From assembly GCA_052146815.1 (NCBI GenBank), contig JBKQMG010000114.1:1-45370 (forward strand): 45,370 nt of DNA, read 5' to 3'. The DNA is from Streptosporangiaceae bacterium. Its GTDB lineage: Bacteria; Actinomycetota; Actinomycetes; Streptosporangiales; Streptosporangiaceae. Position 1 is the stretch's first letter, and each line of letters starts with the position of its first letter. Position numbers and translations under genes: made by a program. The notes under the pieces were generated by a model. It ran no database searches, was not told the DNA's origin, and saw only the letters and a list, made by a program, of their open reading frames with translations. Below are positions 19,716 to 29,104 of the stretch, piece by piece.

Positions 19716-20408
19716 TCAGGGCAGCACCCCGAGGGTGTTGTCCCACATCTGGTCGTCGTACACCGGGCCCTGGGTGAAGGTCTGCAGACGGCCGGTGATC
19801 AGCGCCGGGCGCGACGCGTTCATGGGGTACCGCGGCTCAGTCAGCACCTGCGGATCGCTGAAGTCGGTATCGGAGCCGGCGATCAGCGGGACATAGCCGC
19901 CGGCCTCGTCGGCCGTGTCGGCCACCCAGATCGTGCGCGCGCTCCGGCCGCACCACTGCAGGCTGACCTGCTCGCCGCTGGCGGCCGCGCGGCCAGTTCC
20001 CGCGCACTGCCCGCTGCCGACGCCGTAGGGGGCGTACTGGATCTCGAAGGCCTGGTCGGCGCCGTAGTGGAAGGCCAGCGCGCGGCTCACGAGACCGAAG
20101 GCCGCCAGCCGGCGGACCGAGCCGGCCGGCCAGATGATCCAGTCCTCGTGCTTGTCACTGTTGCTGGCCGGGAACAAGATGATCGGCGTGCCGGTGCGAC
20201 GGTGACCGCGGAAGTCGTTCAGCACGAACTGCTGACCGTACTTCTGGACGTAATAGCTCGCGCAGGTCGGGCCGCACGGCGGCGTGGCGTCGGGCTTCGC
20301 GCCCTGGCGGCCGGCCGCGGCCGGCCCCGTGGCAGCGAGGCCCAGCGCTGCCCCTAACGCCACGGCGCCCGTCAGCCGGCCGAGGGGCCGGGTCAGGCGA
20401 GTGCGCAT
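19716..20408 (-). CDS. secreted protein of unknown function; paralog B of 18724-19428
   Basis: A signal peptide is present. Blocks shared with paralog A are KPDATPPCG, LAFHYG, PYGV.G.CAGT, V.LQ.CG, WV.DT.D, IAGS.T.FS.PQVLT and Q(M/L)W. Confidence 0.55.
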   Translation of the reverse strand: MRTRLTRPLGRLTGAVALGAALGLAATGPAAAGRQGAKPDATPPCGPTCASYYVQKYGQQFVLNDFRGHRRTGTPIILFPASNSDKHEDWIIWPAGSVRRLAAFGLVSRALAFHYGADQAFEIQYAPYGVGSGQCAGTGRAAASGEQVSLQWCGRSARTIWVADTADEAGGYVPLIAGSDTDFSDPQVLTEPRYPMNASRPALITGRLQTFTQGPVYDDQMWDNTLGVLP

Positions 20409-20787
20409 GGGCTGCTCCCTTCTGCTTTCGGGCTCCGGACTGTTCTTCGGCAGACCGGGGGCCGCATTACGAGTTCGGCGTGGCCAAACAGGTCACTAAC
20501 TCACAATGAGTAGCTAACAGCTGACTTACAGTAACAGTCTAGTCACAGGAGAGATGCCGGGAAGCGGCTTTACCGGAAGGCCGCCACGCGGCGGCCGGAA
20601 ATTCTGGCCTGCTGTTCGCAGCGCCGGGATTCACCATCGCGGAAGCAAGCCGCCGGCCCCGCAGAAAGTCACCGGCGCCGCAGAAAACCGCCCGGTGCCA
20701 AGGGAAGTCAGCGGCGGCGCAATCCGCGCGCCGGCCTGAGCGCAAGGCCCGGGCCGGCCCGCGGCGGATTGCTGCGACCGGGCTGCG

Positions 20788-21960
20788 TTACGACGTGGCG
20801 CTGCTGCGGGCCCCGGCAGAACTGGGCGCCACGCCATTGTCCGACGAGGGCAGCTCGTAGGCGCCGATGGCACGGCCAGCAGGCCCCGTCATGTTCTTCT
20901 TCACCGATTCGAGAATGGCCAGGCCCTGGCTGACCAGGCCTGCCGCGACCTCACTCAGCCCCTCTGACCCGTTCAGCACCGTGACGTTGGCGCCGGCCAG
21001 ACCGGCCGCGGCCTCCCTGACAATCTGCGGCAGCTGGTCGATCAGCACCTTGTCCAGCGCGATGCGGTCATTGGAGGCCGCCGCCTCCGCCTGCAGCCGG
21101 GTGCGCTCAGCGTCGGCCTGCGCCAGCACGCGGACCTTTTCCGCCTCGGCCTCGGCCGGCCTGATGACCTCGGCGACCAGCTGGCGCTGCCGCAGCTCGG
21201 ACTGGCGCTTCGCGAGCTCGGCCTGGGCCGCGAGGACCTCCATCTGCGCCTGGGCCTGCGCCAGCGGGCCCGCCTGAGAGGCCTCGGCCTGCGCCTTGTC
21301 CACTTCGGCCTTGTACTGGGCCTGCACGACCGAGGTCTGCCGGGCGTACTCCGCCTGGGCCCGCTGCGACTGCTGCTGCGCCTCGGCCGACGCCTGGTTA
21401 GCCTGAGCCTGCGCGATCTGCGCCTGCCGCTGGATCGCGGCGTTATGCGGCGCGGCCATCGCGTCGATGTAGCCGGTGTTCATGTCGTCGATCGACTGGA
21501 TCTGCAGCGAGTCGACCGTCAGGCCGATCTTGACCATCTCGGCCTTCGAGCCGTCGAGGACCTCACTGGCCAGCTTCTGCCGTTCGGTGACGATCTCCTC
21601 CACCGTCATCGAGCCGATGATGGAGCGCAGGTGGCCGGCGAAAATGCGGCCGGTCAGCGTGGACATCTGATCCTGATCCGAGAGGAACCGCTGCCCGGCG
21701 TTGACGATGCTCTCCTCGTCATTGCCGACCTTGAACGCGATAACCGCCCGGACATTCAGCGAGATGCCCTGCCGCGTGACGCACGTCTCGGAGACTTCCG
21801 CCTCGCACATCGACAGCGTCAGGAAACTGGCCTTGCGGATAAACGGGAGGACCAGAGCACCGTGACCGGTGATGACCCGGAAGGGCGCGCCGCTGCGCCC
21901 GTACCTGCCGCCGGCGATCAGCATCGCCTCATCCGGCCGGGGAACACGATAGCCGAGCAT
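20788..21960 (-). CDS. SPFH/band-7 domain protein (flotillin-like)
   Basis: An N-terminal membrane anchor is followed by an SPFH domain and a long Ala/Gln/Glu-rich coiled coil (AQAQANQASAEAQQQSQRAQAEYARQ...), typical of bacterial flotillins. Confidence 0.85.
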   Translation of the reverse strand: MLGYRVPRPDEAMLIAGGRYGRSGAPFRVITGHGALVLPFIRKASFLTLSMCEAEVSETCVTRQGISLNVRAVIAFKVGNDEESIVNAGQRFLSDQDQMSTLTGRIFAGHLRSIIGSMTVEEIVTERQKLASEVLDGSKAEMVKIGLTVDSLQIQSIDDMNTGYIDAMAAPHNAAIQRQAQIAQAQANQASAEAQQQSQRAQAEYARQTSVVQAQYKAEVDKAQAEASQAGPLAQAQAQMEVLAAQAELAKRQSELRQRQLVAEVIRPAEAEAEKVRVLAQADAERTRLQAEAAASNDRIALDKVLIDQLPQIVREAAAGLAGANVTVLNGSEGLSEVAAGLVSQGLAILESVKKNMTGPAGRAIGAYELPSSDNGVAPSSAGARSSATS

Positions 21961-22051
21961 CTGTCATCTCCAACGGGGAGCTTCCGGGAGACCGCCCCCC
22001 GGAAATATCGTTACTCAGCAGTATTGCTCACTATCAGCCGCTGAGCGCCAT

Positions 22052-22294
22052 TCAGAAGTCGCTCTCGCCAAAAGGGTCAAGCGGGTCAGTCCACTCGCTC
22101 ACGTCCACGGACCGGGCGCCGCGCGATTCGATGACCAGGACCCTCGTTCCGCGCGGCAGCGGAGTCGTTGACCAGGCGATATAGGCTTCTTTCCCGCCGC
22201 GGATCCGCACCAGTACCTCACCGGGGCCGGCCGCGCCGCGGGTGGCCACGATGAGCTCACCGACAGACCCGATGAGCGAGCCTTCCTCAGCCAC
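22052..22294 (-). CDS. short NfeD-like OB-fold protein (SPFH partner)
   Basis: 80 aa from a GTG start with a GGGAGGAG RBS. It is a beta-rich OB-fold-like sequence lying immediately upstream of the flotillin gene. No TM segment is present and none is found in other frames. Confidence 0.55.
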   Translation of the reverse strand: MAEEGSLIGSVGELIVATRGAAGPGEVLVRIRGGKEAYIAWSTTPLPRGTRVLVIESRGARSVDVSEWTDPLDPFGESDF

Positions 22295-22531
22295 CGCTTG
22301 CTGCTCCTCCCGCCCGTGCCCGTCTGGACGCTTACCTTATTGTCGCCGCCGCGCGCCCGGACGGCGCCGAAGATCGTGGCCGCGTCCCGGAATAGCGGGG
22401 ACCCCCGGTGAGTTCTACTCATCGCCGGTGCGTTGTGTCCCCCGGGCCGCAACTACTGCCATCGCGGAATACCGTCCGGCTGGAGCCGCGGTGTGCCACT
22501 CGCCGAGAGGCGACGCGCGCATCGGCCCTGA

Positions 22532-22567
22532 CGCCGCCCCCGTGAGCAACTGCTCACGGGGGCGGCG
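22532..22567. terminator. perfect 17-bp inverted repeat cgccgcccccgtgagca-ac-tgctcacgggggcggcg
   Basis: Seen directly; it overlaps the stop codon of gene 22554-23381. Confidence 0.5.
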
Positions 22568-23381
22568 ACGTGCCTGCCCGCAGCTGCCGGCCGAGGACCT
22601 GCGGCGCCTCCGCCAGCGAGGGCCCGTACCAGGTGAGATGACGGCCGCTGACCAGGGCGGCGGCCAGGCCGGGAAAGGCCTCCGGCCCGTCGTCCGCGCT
22701 GAACCGGTACGGCTCGTCCGGCAGCACCACCAGGTCAGCGCCGGCCGCGCGCAGGTCATCGAGGCCGATCCGCGGATACCGCTCCCGGTGACCGGACCAG
22801 GCGTTGGCCACGCCCAGCCTGGCCAGCAGGTCCCCCGCGAACGTGTCGCGGCCGAGCACCATCCACGGGCGCCGCCAGACCGGGACGATCGCCAGCCGGG
22901 CCGGGCGGAGGGCCGGCGGCTCCTGCCATGCGGCCTCGGCGGCAGCGAGCCATCCTGGCCGCTCCAGCCTGCAGGCCAGCGTCAGCATGCGATGCAGCGA
23001 GGTGAGCGCCTCGGGCAGGCGGCGCACCCGGGTGACCCAGACGGTGATACCAGCGGCACGCAGCGCCGCCAGGTCCGGCTCCCGGTTCTCCTCCTCGTTA
23101 GCGAGGACCACGTCCGGTGCCAGCGCGATGATGGCCGCCACGTCGGGATTCTTCGTGCCGCCGACGCGCGGCGCCGTCAGTCCGGCCGGGTGGGAGCACC
23201 AGTCCGTCGCCCCCGCCAGCAGGCCGGCGTCACAGGCCGCCACCGCCTCGGTCAGCGACGGGACCAGCGAGACGATCCGCCGGACGTCCGGCGGGACGAC
23301 AACAGGGGCACCCAGGTCATCGCAGAGCGCCGTGCCCGGCGCATCAGCGGCGCGGCCGGGCACGAGGCTCCCTCGGATCAT
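22554..23381 (-). CDS. BtuF/FhuD-like class III substrate-binding protein (Peripla_BP_2-like), no detectable signal peptide
   Basis: The BtuF-like motif RIVSLVPSLTEAVAA is present, and the protein shows two-lobed length and a Trp-rich C-lobe. There is no N-terminal hydrophobic region or lipobox. Confidence 0.55.
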   Translation of the reverse strand: MIRGSLVPGRAADAPGTALCDDLGAPVVVPPDVRRIVSLVPSLTEAVAACDAGLLAGATDWCSHPAGLTAPRVGGTKNPDVAAIIALAPDVVLANEEENREPDLAALRAAGITVWVTRVRRLPEALTSLHRMLTLACRLERPGWLAAAEAAWQEPPALRPARLAIVPVWRRPWMVLGRDTFAGDLLARLGVANAWSGHRERYPRIGLDDLRAAGADLVVLPDEPYRFSADDGPEAFPGLAAALVSGRHLTWYGPSLAEAPQVLGRQLRAGTSPPP

Positions 23382-23460
23382 CGGTCAGCTTCATTCGCAT
23401 ACTGTGATTCTCCGGCTTCCGGGCTATCAGGCCCGGGGCAGTCCATGGAAAGGGCCCCGC

Positions 23461-24255
23461 ATGGCTGAGGTTGTCCCGCCGGCGCTGCGGGCGGACCTGG
23501 ACGACCCGTTCGCCCAGCTGTCCGGCCCGCTGGCCGGCACCCGCCGGCTGAACCTGGAAGTCGCGGACTCGGTCCGGCTGACTCCGCACCTGCAGCGACT
23601 GCGCCTTCGCGCACCGGAACTGGCGGGCTTCCGGTACGAGGCCGGCCAGGACGTGATGCTGCTGGTGGCCGCCGACGGCAACCGGCCGGTCCGGCGCCGC
23701 TACACAATCCGGTCGCTCGATGAGCCGCAGCGGCTGCTCACCCTCGACGTGGTCCTGCACGGCGACGGTCCTGGCGAGCGCTGGGTGCGATCGGCCCGGC
23801 CCGGCGACCGGGTCGAGGGCATCGGGCCGCGCGGGAAGATCACGGCGTCGCCGACCGCGGACTGGCACCTGTTCATGGGCGACGACTCGGCCATGTCCGC
23901 GATCTTCGCGATGACCGAGTCCCTGCCGGGCGACTCGGTCGCCACGCTGGTGCTCGAGGTGCCTGAGGCCGCCGACGAGCAGGAGCTCCTGGTCCCCGCA
24001 CGGACCAGGGTCAGCTGGCTGCACCGCCTCCGCCGGCCCGCGGGCGATCCCGCGGCGCTCGCCGCCGAGGCGCAGGAGATCGAGCTGCCGCCCGGCGACG
24101 GACACGCTTACCTGCTCGGCGAGGCCAGGGTCGTCCTGCGGCTGCGCGAGATCCTGGCGGCGCGGGGTCTGTCCGAAGCACAGATGTCGCCGAAGGCGTA
24201 CTGGGGCCGCGGCCGCGCGAACGCCGGTCACGGCGAGCCCGGCCGGGACGCTTAA
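23461..24255 (+). CDS. siderophore-interacting protein (FAD-binding ferric-siderophore reductase, ViuB/SIP family)
   Basis: 264 aa from MAEVVPP. The FAD-binding RRYTIRS motif and a C-terminal NAD-binding-like region are present, as in SIPs. Confidence 0.75.
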   Translation: MAEVVPPALRADLDDPFAQLSGPLAGTRRLNLEVADSVRLTPHLQRLRLRAPELAGFRYEAGQDVMLLVAADGNRPVRRRYTIRSLDEPQRLLTLDVVLHGDGPGERWVRSARPGDRVEGIGPRGKITASPTADWHLFMGDDSAMSAIFAMTESLPGDSVATLVLEVPEAADEQELLVPARTRVSWLHRLRRPAGDPAALAAEAQEIELPPGDGHAYLLGEARVVLRLREILAARGLSEAQMSPKAYWGRGRANAGHGEPGRDA

Positions 24256-25838
24256 CCGGGCGCCGGCCTGCCTTCCCTGGCGGGGGCCGGCGACCAACTG
24301 CCGCACCAGGCGGTCACGGCCGCCCGGATTGCCGCCGTCCGGGCGGCCGGGTCGCGCTCGTCCGACGCCCAGGCGATGTAGCCGTCCGGCCGGACCAGCA
24401 TGGCCGCGGGCAGCCGCGCCCCGGAGCAGGCCAGGTAGCGCACCGCCCGCACCCGGTCGGGGCTGACCTCGGCGCCGGGACCCGGCTCTGCGTGCGGACC
24501 GGCCGCAGCCTCCGGGCGAAGTTCAGCCCCCGGACCCGGTTCTGCGCGCTCGATCAGCGCGAACCTGCCCGCACCGAAGAGCTCGTACAGCCGCGTGCGG
24601 CTGCCGTCCGCCAGCGTCAGCGTGCCGCGCGGCAGCCGGCGACCTGCCAGCGGATGCGCGGGGGCGGCTGACCCGGCTGCCGCCGGCGCGTAGCGGACGG
24701 CGACGCCCGAGTAGTCGCGCGCGAGCCGTGACTGCACGGGCGGCAGGGGCACGATCAGCCGGTGCACGGCCCAGCGAAGCGCACGCCGGCTGACGGTCCG
24801 CGCGGTATTCAGCCGGAACTGCCGCCCGGTCAGAGTCAGGACGGCGGCCCCGACCGGATGCCGCTCGGCGTGGTAGGAGTCAAGCAGCCAGTCCGGCCCC
24901 CAGCCTGACACCGCGGCGCCGAGTTTCCAGCCCAGGTTCACCGCATCCTGCAGGCCGGTATTAAGCCCCTGAGCCCCGGCCGGCGAATGCGCGTGGGCGG
25001 CATCGCCGGCCAGCAGCACCCGCCCGGCCCGGTAGGCAGGAGTCTGCCGGCTCTCGCTGCGGTATCGCCCCGACCAGGACATGTCCCGCGGCGCGAAATC
25101 CTGCCCCGCGATGCGCCGCAGCCCGTCGCGCACCTCACCGATCGTCACGGGCTCGGATACCGGCACCTCGGCGCGCGCGTAGTCATACAGCACGACCCGG
25201 CAGGAGCCGTCGCGAAACGGGAACATCAGCAGCATCCCGCCGCGCGAAAGGTCGCCGTAGGCCGCGGTCATCGGCAGGCCATCGAGATGAAGATCGGCGA
25301 GGATGACCGATCCGGGATTCGGGAAACCCGGAAAAGGCAGCTCCAGCGATTGACGGACCGAACTGCGGACGCCGTCGCAGGCGACCGCGTAGTCGGCCCT
25401 TTCTGTCCCGTCGGCCGTGCGAACCGTGACGCCGTTCTCATCCTGCTCGATCCCGGCCACTGGCGTTGACCAGCGGATCTCCGCTCCCAGCTGCAGCGCG
25501 CGCGCTGCCAGCAGGCGCTCCATCTGACTTTGCGGCATGTCGAGGAGGTAGGGAAAGTCGCTGTCAAGGCGGCCGAAATCTATCTGCGCGCCGCGCGGGC
25601 CCAGCGGGAAGGCCGGCACAGGCAGCCCCGCCGCGGCGAATATCCCGGCCTGACCGCGCAGGTCGAGCATCTCCATGCTCCGGGCGTGCAGGCAGATCGC
25701 CCGCGAGTCAGTCCGCAGGCCACCGCGCCGCTCAAGAACCAGGCACCGCACGCCCGCCAGCGCCAGCTCGGCGGCGAGCAGCAGCCCAGTTGGTCCCGCA
25801 CCCACGATGATCACACCGTTGCCGCACGGCTCTGCCAC
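24252..25838 (-). CDS. FAD-dependent aromatic-ring monooxygenase (PheA/TfdB / group A flavin monooxygenase family)
   Basis: The N-terminal dinucleotide fold is VIIVGAGPTGLLLAAELALAGV. DG and GD motifs are present (CDGVRSSVR; LAGDAAHAHSPAGAQGLNTGLQDAVNLGWKL), and there is a C-terminal thioredoxin-like extension. Confidence 0.8.
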   Translation of the reverse strand: MAEPCGNGVIIVGAGPTGLLLAAELALAGVRCLVLERRGGLRTDSRAICLHARSMEMLDLRGQAGIFAAAGLPVPAFPLGPRGAQIDFGRLDSDFPYLLDMPQSQMERLLAARALQLGAEIRWSTPVAGIEQDENGVTVRTADGTERADYAVACDGVRSSVRQSLELPFPGFPNPGSVILADLHLDGLPMTAAYGDLSRGGMLLMFPFRDGSCRVVLYDYARAEVPVSEPVTIGEVRDGLRRIAGQDFAPRDMSWSGRYRSESRQTPAYRAGRVLLAGDAAHAHSPAGAQGLNTGLQDAVNLGWKLGAAVSGWGPDWLLDSYHAERHPVGAAVLTLTGRQFRLNTARTVSRRALRWAVHRLIVPLPPVQSRLARDYSGVAVRYAPAAAGSAAPAHPLAGRRLPRGTLTLADGSRTRLYELFGAGRFALIERAEPGPGAELRPEAAAGPHAEPGPGAEVSPDRVRAVRYLACSGARLPAAMLVRPDGYIAWASDERDPAARTAAIRAAVTAWCGSWSPAPAREGRPAPG

Positions 25839-25933
25839 CTATCCTCCCGCGCCTTGGATACCATTTCATACCAGTTGCTCACGCTAGGCCACGAGTAGTT
25901 CTCTCTCAATATCAGCGAAGATGCTCCATAATC

Positions 25934-28033
25934 GTGAGGGGCAGCCATCGCCTACGCCGGAAGGGAGCGCGCCGGGTGACATCCGCGGTGACCACCGACA
26001 TCTCCGCGCTCTTGTCCAGCACATCGGCCCGGACTCTCATTCTCGGGATCGATTCCGAGGGCCGGATCGCGCATCACGATCGCGCCGCCGCGGACGTGCT
26101 GGCCGACGTGCCAGGCGGCCTGCTCGGCACTGAGCTCATGGACCTGCTGGCCGACCCGGCCGCCCACGCCGCGAGCCTGCGGTCCCTCCTCGAGGCCGCG
26201 GGCACCAACCGCGAGGGCACGGCGGTTATGACGATCAGGACCGCCCGGGGCACGGCAGCCGGCGCGGTCGTCACCGTGCAGCCGGTCCGGTCAGCGGACG
26301 CCAAGCTGGTGGCCCTGGCGATCCTGCGCATCCCGCCGCCGCTGGAAGAGCGCTTCCTCGATCCGGCCGTCATGCGGCACGCCCTCCTGGACGGCGCCTT
26401 CCGCCACATCAGCGACGCGCTCGACCTGGACCAGATGGCCAGAGAGCTCACCGACATCGTGGTGCCGCATTTCTGCAACGCCGCCGGGCTGATGATTCTC
26501 GAGAGCCTGGTCGGCGACGACGAGATGCCCGCCCAGTCCACCGACGGCTCACAGCTGGTGCGGCGCCTCGCCGTCGCTCATGACGACGGCAACCCCGGCT
26601 GGGACGCGGCCTTCCCGACCGGCGAGATCCTCGCCTACCCGCCCGACACGCCCTACACCCGGTGCATGGACACCGGACAGCCCATCTGCGAGGTCATCGG
26701 CGGCGAGGATGCCACCCGGATGGCCGTCTCGTGGCTGCGCCGTCCGGTCGCCAAGCTCCTCGGCGGAGTATCGGTGCTGCTGCTGCCGCTGGTCGCCAGA
26801 GGCTCGATGCTCGGGTTCTTCGTCTGCACCCGGCAGGTCGGGTTCCGCCGGTTCGACGCCTACGACACCGAGATCGGGATGGCGTTCGCGTCCAGGGCTG
26901 CCCTGTTCATGGACAGCGCCCGCCGCTACAGCCGGGAGCGCGCCACCGCCCTGACGCTGCAGCGCAGCATGCTGCCGACCGGGCTGTCGGCGCCCTCCTC
27001 GGTCGAGGTCAGGCACCGTTACCTGCCGGGCAGCAAGCTGATTGAGGTCGGCGGCGACTGGTACGAGTCGATCGCACTGCCCGGCGGGCGGGTCGCGCTG
27101 GTCGTCGGCGACGTGGCCGGGCACGGGGTGAAGGCGGCCGTCACCATGGGCCGGCTGCGGACCGCGATCCATACGCTCGCGACGCTCGAACTGCCGCCCG
27201 CCGAGACCCTCCAGCAGCTTGACGAGCTCATGCAGGAACTGGGGGTGCGCGAGCCGCACTTCGCCACCTGCGTCTACGCCATTTTCGACGCGGTGAACGG
27301 TACCTGCGAGCTGGCCTCGGCCGGGCACCTGCCGCCGCTGCTGGTCCGGCCGGACGGCACGAACGAATTCCTCGACATCATGCCCTCTCCGCCGCTAGGC
27401 ATCGGCGGCGGTCCCATCCAGAGCAGGATGCTGGACATTGAGGACGGCAGCCTCCTGGTCCTGTACACCGACGGCCTGGTGGAAAAGCGCACCGCCGATA
27501 TCGACGAGGGCCTCGACCGGCTCCGGGGCATTTTCGGCCCCGGTTCGGCGGCCCGGCCGCTGGAGGATCTGTGCAAGGCCACGCTCGACGGGGTCTATGC
27601 CGACCATCAGCGCGATGACATCGCGGTCCTGATCGCGCGGCTGCGCCGGATCCCCGCCGAAAATCACGTCAGCTGGCAGCTGCCGGCCGAGCTGACCTCG
27701 GCCGGCCGGGCCCGCACGCTGATCCGCCGCCCGCTGAGGCAGTGGGGCCTGGACGAGCTGATTCCGACGACGGAGCTCCTGGTCTCGGAACTGGTGACCA
27801 ACGCGGTCCGCTACGCGCAGGGCAAGATCGGGCTCCAGCTCGTGCTGGAAGGCGGCCTGGTCTGCGAGGTCCACGATGACTCCGCCGCCCTGCCCCGCCT
27901 GCGCCACCCCGGCGACGAGGACGAGCGCGGCCGCGGCCTGCAGATCGTCAGCCAGGTCGCGCAGCGCTGGGGGACGCGGCGGACGCCTTCGGGCAAGGTC
28001 GTCTGGTGCGAGCTGCCAGTACCGCTCGGCTGA
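25934..28033 (+). CDS. PAS/GAF-domain SpoIIE-type PP2C phosphatase fused to a C-terminal HATPase_c anti-sigma-factor-like kinase domain
   Basis: The PP2C core is ...VGGDWYESIALPGGRVALVVGDVAGHGVKAA...LYTDGLVE..., and the HATPase tail is SELVTNAVRYA...RGRGLQIV. Up to about 40 codons at the annotated N-terminus may be upstream of the true start. Confidence 0.8.
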   Translation: MRGSHRLRRKGARRVTSAVTTDISALLSSTSARTLILGIDSEGRIAHHDRAAADVLADVPGGLLGTELMDLLADPAAHAASLRSLLEAAGTNREGTAVMTIRTARGTAAGAVVTVQPVRSADAKLVALAILRIPPPLEERFLDPAVMRHALLDGAFRHISDALDLDQMARELTDIVVPHFCNAAGLMILESLVGDDEMPAQSTDGSQLVRRLAVAHDDGNPGWDAAFPTGEILAYPPDTPYTRCMDTGQPICEVIGGEDATRMAVSWLRRPVAKLLGGVSVLLLPLVARGSMLGFFVCTRQVGFRRFDAYDTEIGMAFASRAALFMDSARRYSRERATALTLQRSMLPTGLSAPSSVEVRHRYLPGSKLIEVGGDWYESIALPGGRVALVVGDVAGHGVKAAVTMGRLRTAIHTLATLELPPAETLQQLDELMQELGVREPHFATCVYAIFDAVNGTCELASAGHLPPLLVRPDGTNEFLDIMPSPPLGIGGGPIQSRMLDIEDGSLLVLYTDGLVEKRTADIDEGLDRLRGIFGPGSAARPLEDLCKATLDGVYADHQRDDIAVLIARLRRIPAENHVSWQLPAELTSAGRARTLIRRPLRQWGLDELIPTTELLVSELVTNAVRYAQGKIGLQLVLEGGLVCEVHDDSAALPRLRHPGDEDERGRGLQIVSQVAQRWGTRRTPSGKVVWCELPVPLG

Positions 28034-28338
28034 GTGCTAGCTGCGCCACCCGGCTGAGTCCGCCCGGAAGGCACCTGATCGGGACGCGCCCGATCGGGCG
28101 GGAGGCGCCTGATCCGGCGGCGGGCGCTATGTCCTGAGTCTTTGATGCGTTGACAGCGGATGCCGGCTTGGAGTCCGGTGACGCTGTGCTGAGCGGCGCA
28201 GCTTGGGATCAGCCGGCTCAGCGGGACCGTTACCCGCGAGGCTGGGCCAGCACTGCATGTAGCAGCGTGGCTGTCACCCCTGCCCTTCTACCTCCTGAAC
28301 CCGTGCATGGCCAGCCTCCCTGAGCATGGCCGACGATC

Positions 28339-29040
28339 TCAGGGCGCAGGCGTGCCAGAGGGGCTGATGTCCTGCTTGATGGCGAGCTTTCCGTCTCTCA
28401 TCACCGCGATCCGCTGGGCCCGGCGGGCGATGACGCTGTCATGCGTCACCATGACCAGCGTCAGCTGGCGCTCGCGCCACAGATTCTCAAGCAGCATGAT
28501 GATCTCGTCCCGGGTCCCCTCGTCCAGGTTGCCGGTCGGCTCGTCGGCCAGCAGCACCTTCGGCTCCTTGACCAGGGCCCGGGCGATCGCCACTCGCTGC
28601 TGCTGGCCGCCGGACAGTTCCGACGGCAGGTGCCGAAGCCGCTCGCTCAGGCCGATTTCCTGCAGCGCCTGCGCCGCCCGCTCGCGCCGCCTCGCCGCAT
28701 CCAGACGCAGCGGCACCAGGGCGGTCTCCACGTTCTCCTGGGCCGACAGCGTGGGGATCAGGTTGAAGGTCTGGAAGATGAACCCGAACGAGCCCGCGCG
28801 CACGTCAGTGAGCTGACCTTCGCGCAGCTGCGCCAGGTCGTCGCCGTCGAACAGGACGCTGCCGGACGTCGGCCGGTCGAGGGCGCCGAGCATCTGCAGC
28901 AAGGTGGTCTTGCCATGCCCGGTCGGGCCCTGGATGGCCAGCCATTCACCGTCCTCGATGGCCAGGTCCACGCCCTGCAGGGCGCGGACAATGGCATGGC
29001 TCTTCTGGTAATCCTTGGTCACGCCCGTCAGCTTGTACAT
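28339..29040 (-). CDS. ABC transporter ATP-binding protein (MacB/LolD/FtsE-like)
   Basis: Walker A GPTGHGKTT, signature LSGGQQQRVAIARAL and Walker B LLADEPTGNLD are all present. Confidence 0.85.
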   Translation of the reverse strand: MYKLTGVTKDYQKSHAIVRALQGVDLAIEDGEWLAIQGPTGHGKTTLLQMLGALDRPTSGSVLFDGDDLAQLREGQLTDVRAGSFGFIFQTFNLIPTLSAQENVETALVPLRLDAARRRERAAQALQEIGLSERLRHLPSELSGGQQQRVAIARALVKEPKVLLADEPTGNLDEGTRDEIIMLLENLWRERQLTLVMVTHDSVIARRAQRIAVMRDGKLAIKQDISPSGTPAP

Positions 29041-29104
29041 GGAGTCCTCTTCCCGGTTCCGGGGATGCCTGCCGCTGCGGCCGGCCGTACCGCGCCCTGC
29101 CCGC

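Noticed and set aside
22242-23468. 408-aa plus-strand ORF, and the 22804-24255 ORF N-terminal extension
   Set aside because: They overlap the BtuF-like gene on the opposite strand. The real SIP gene starts at the ATG at 23461 with an RBS, and the upstream part is an antisense artefact.
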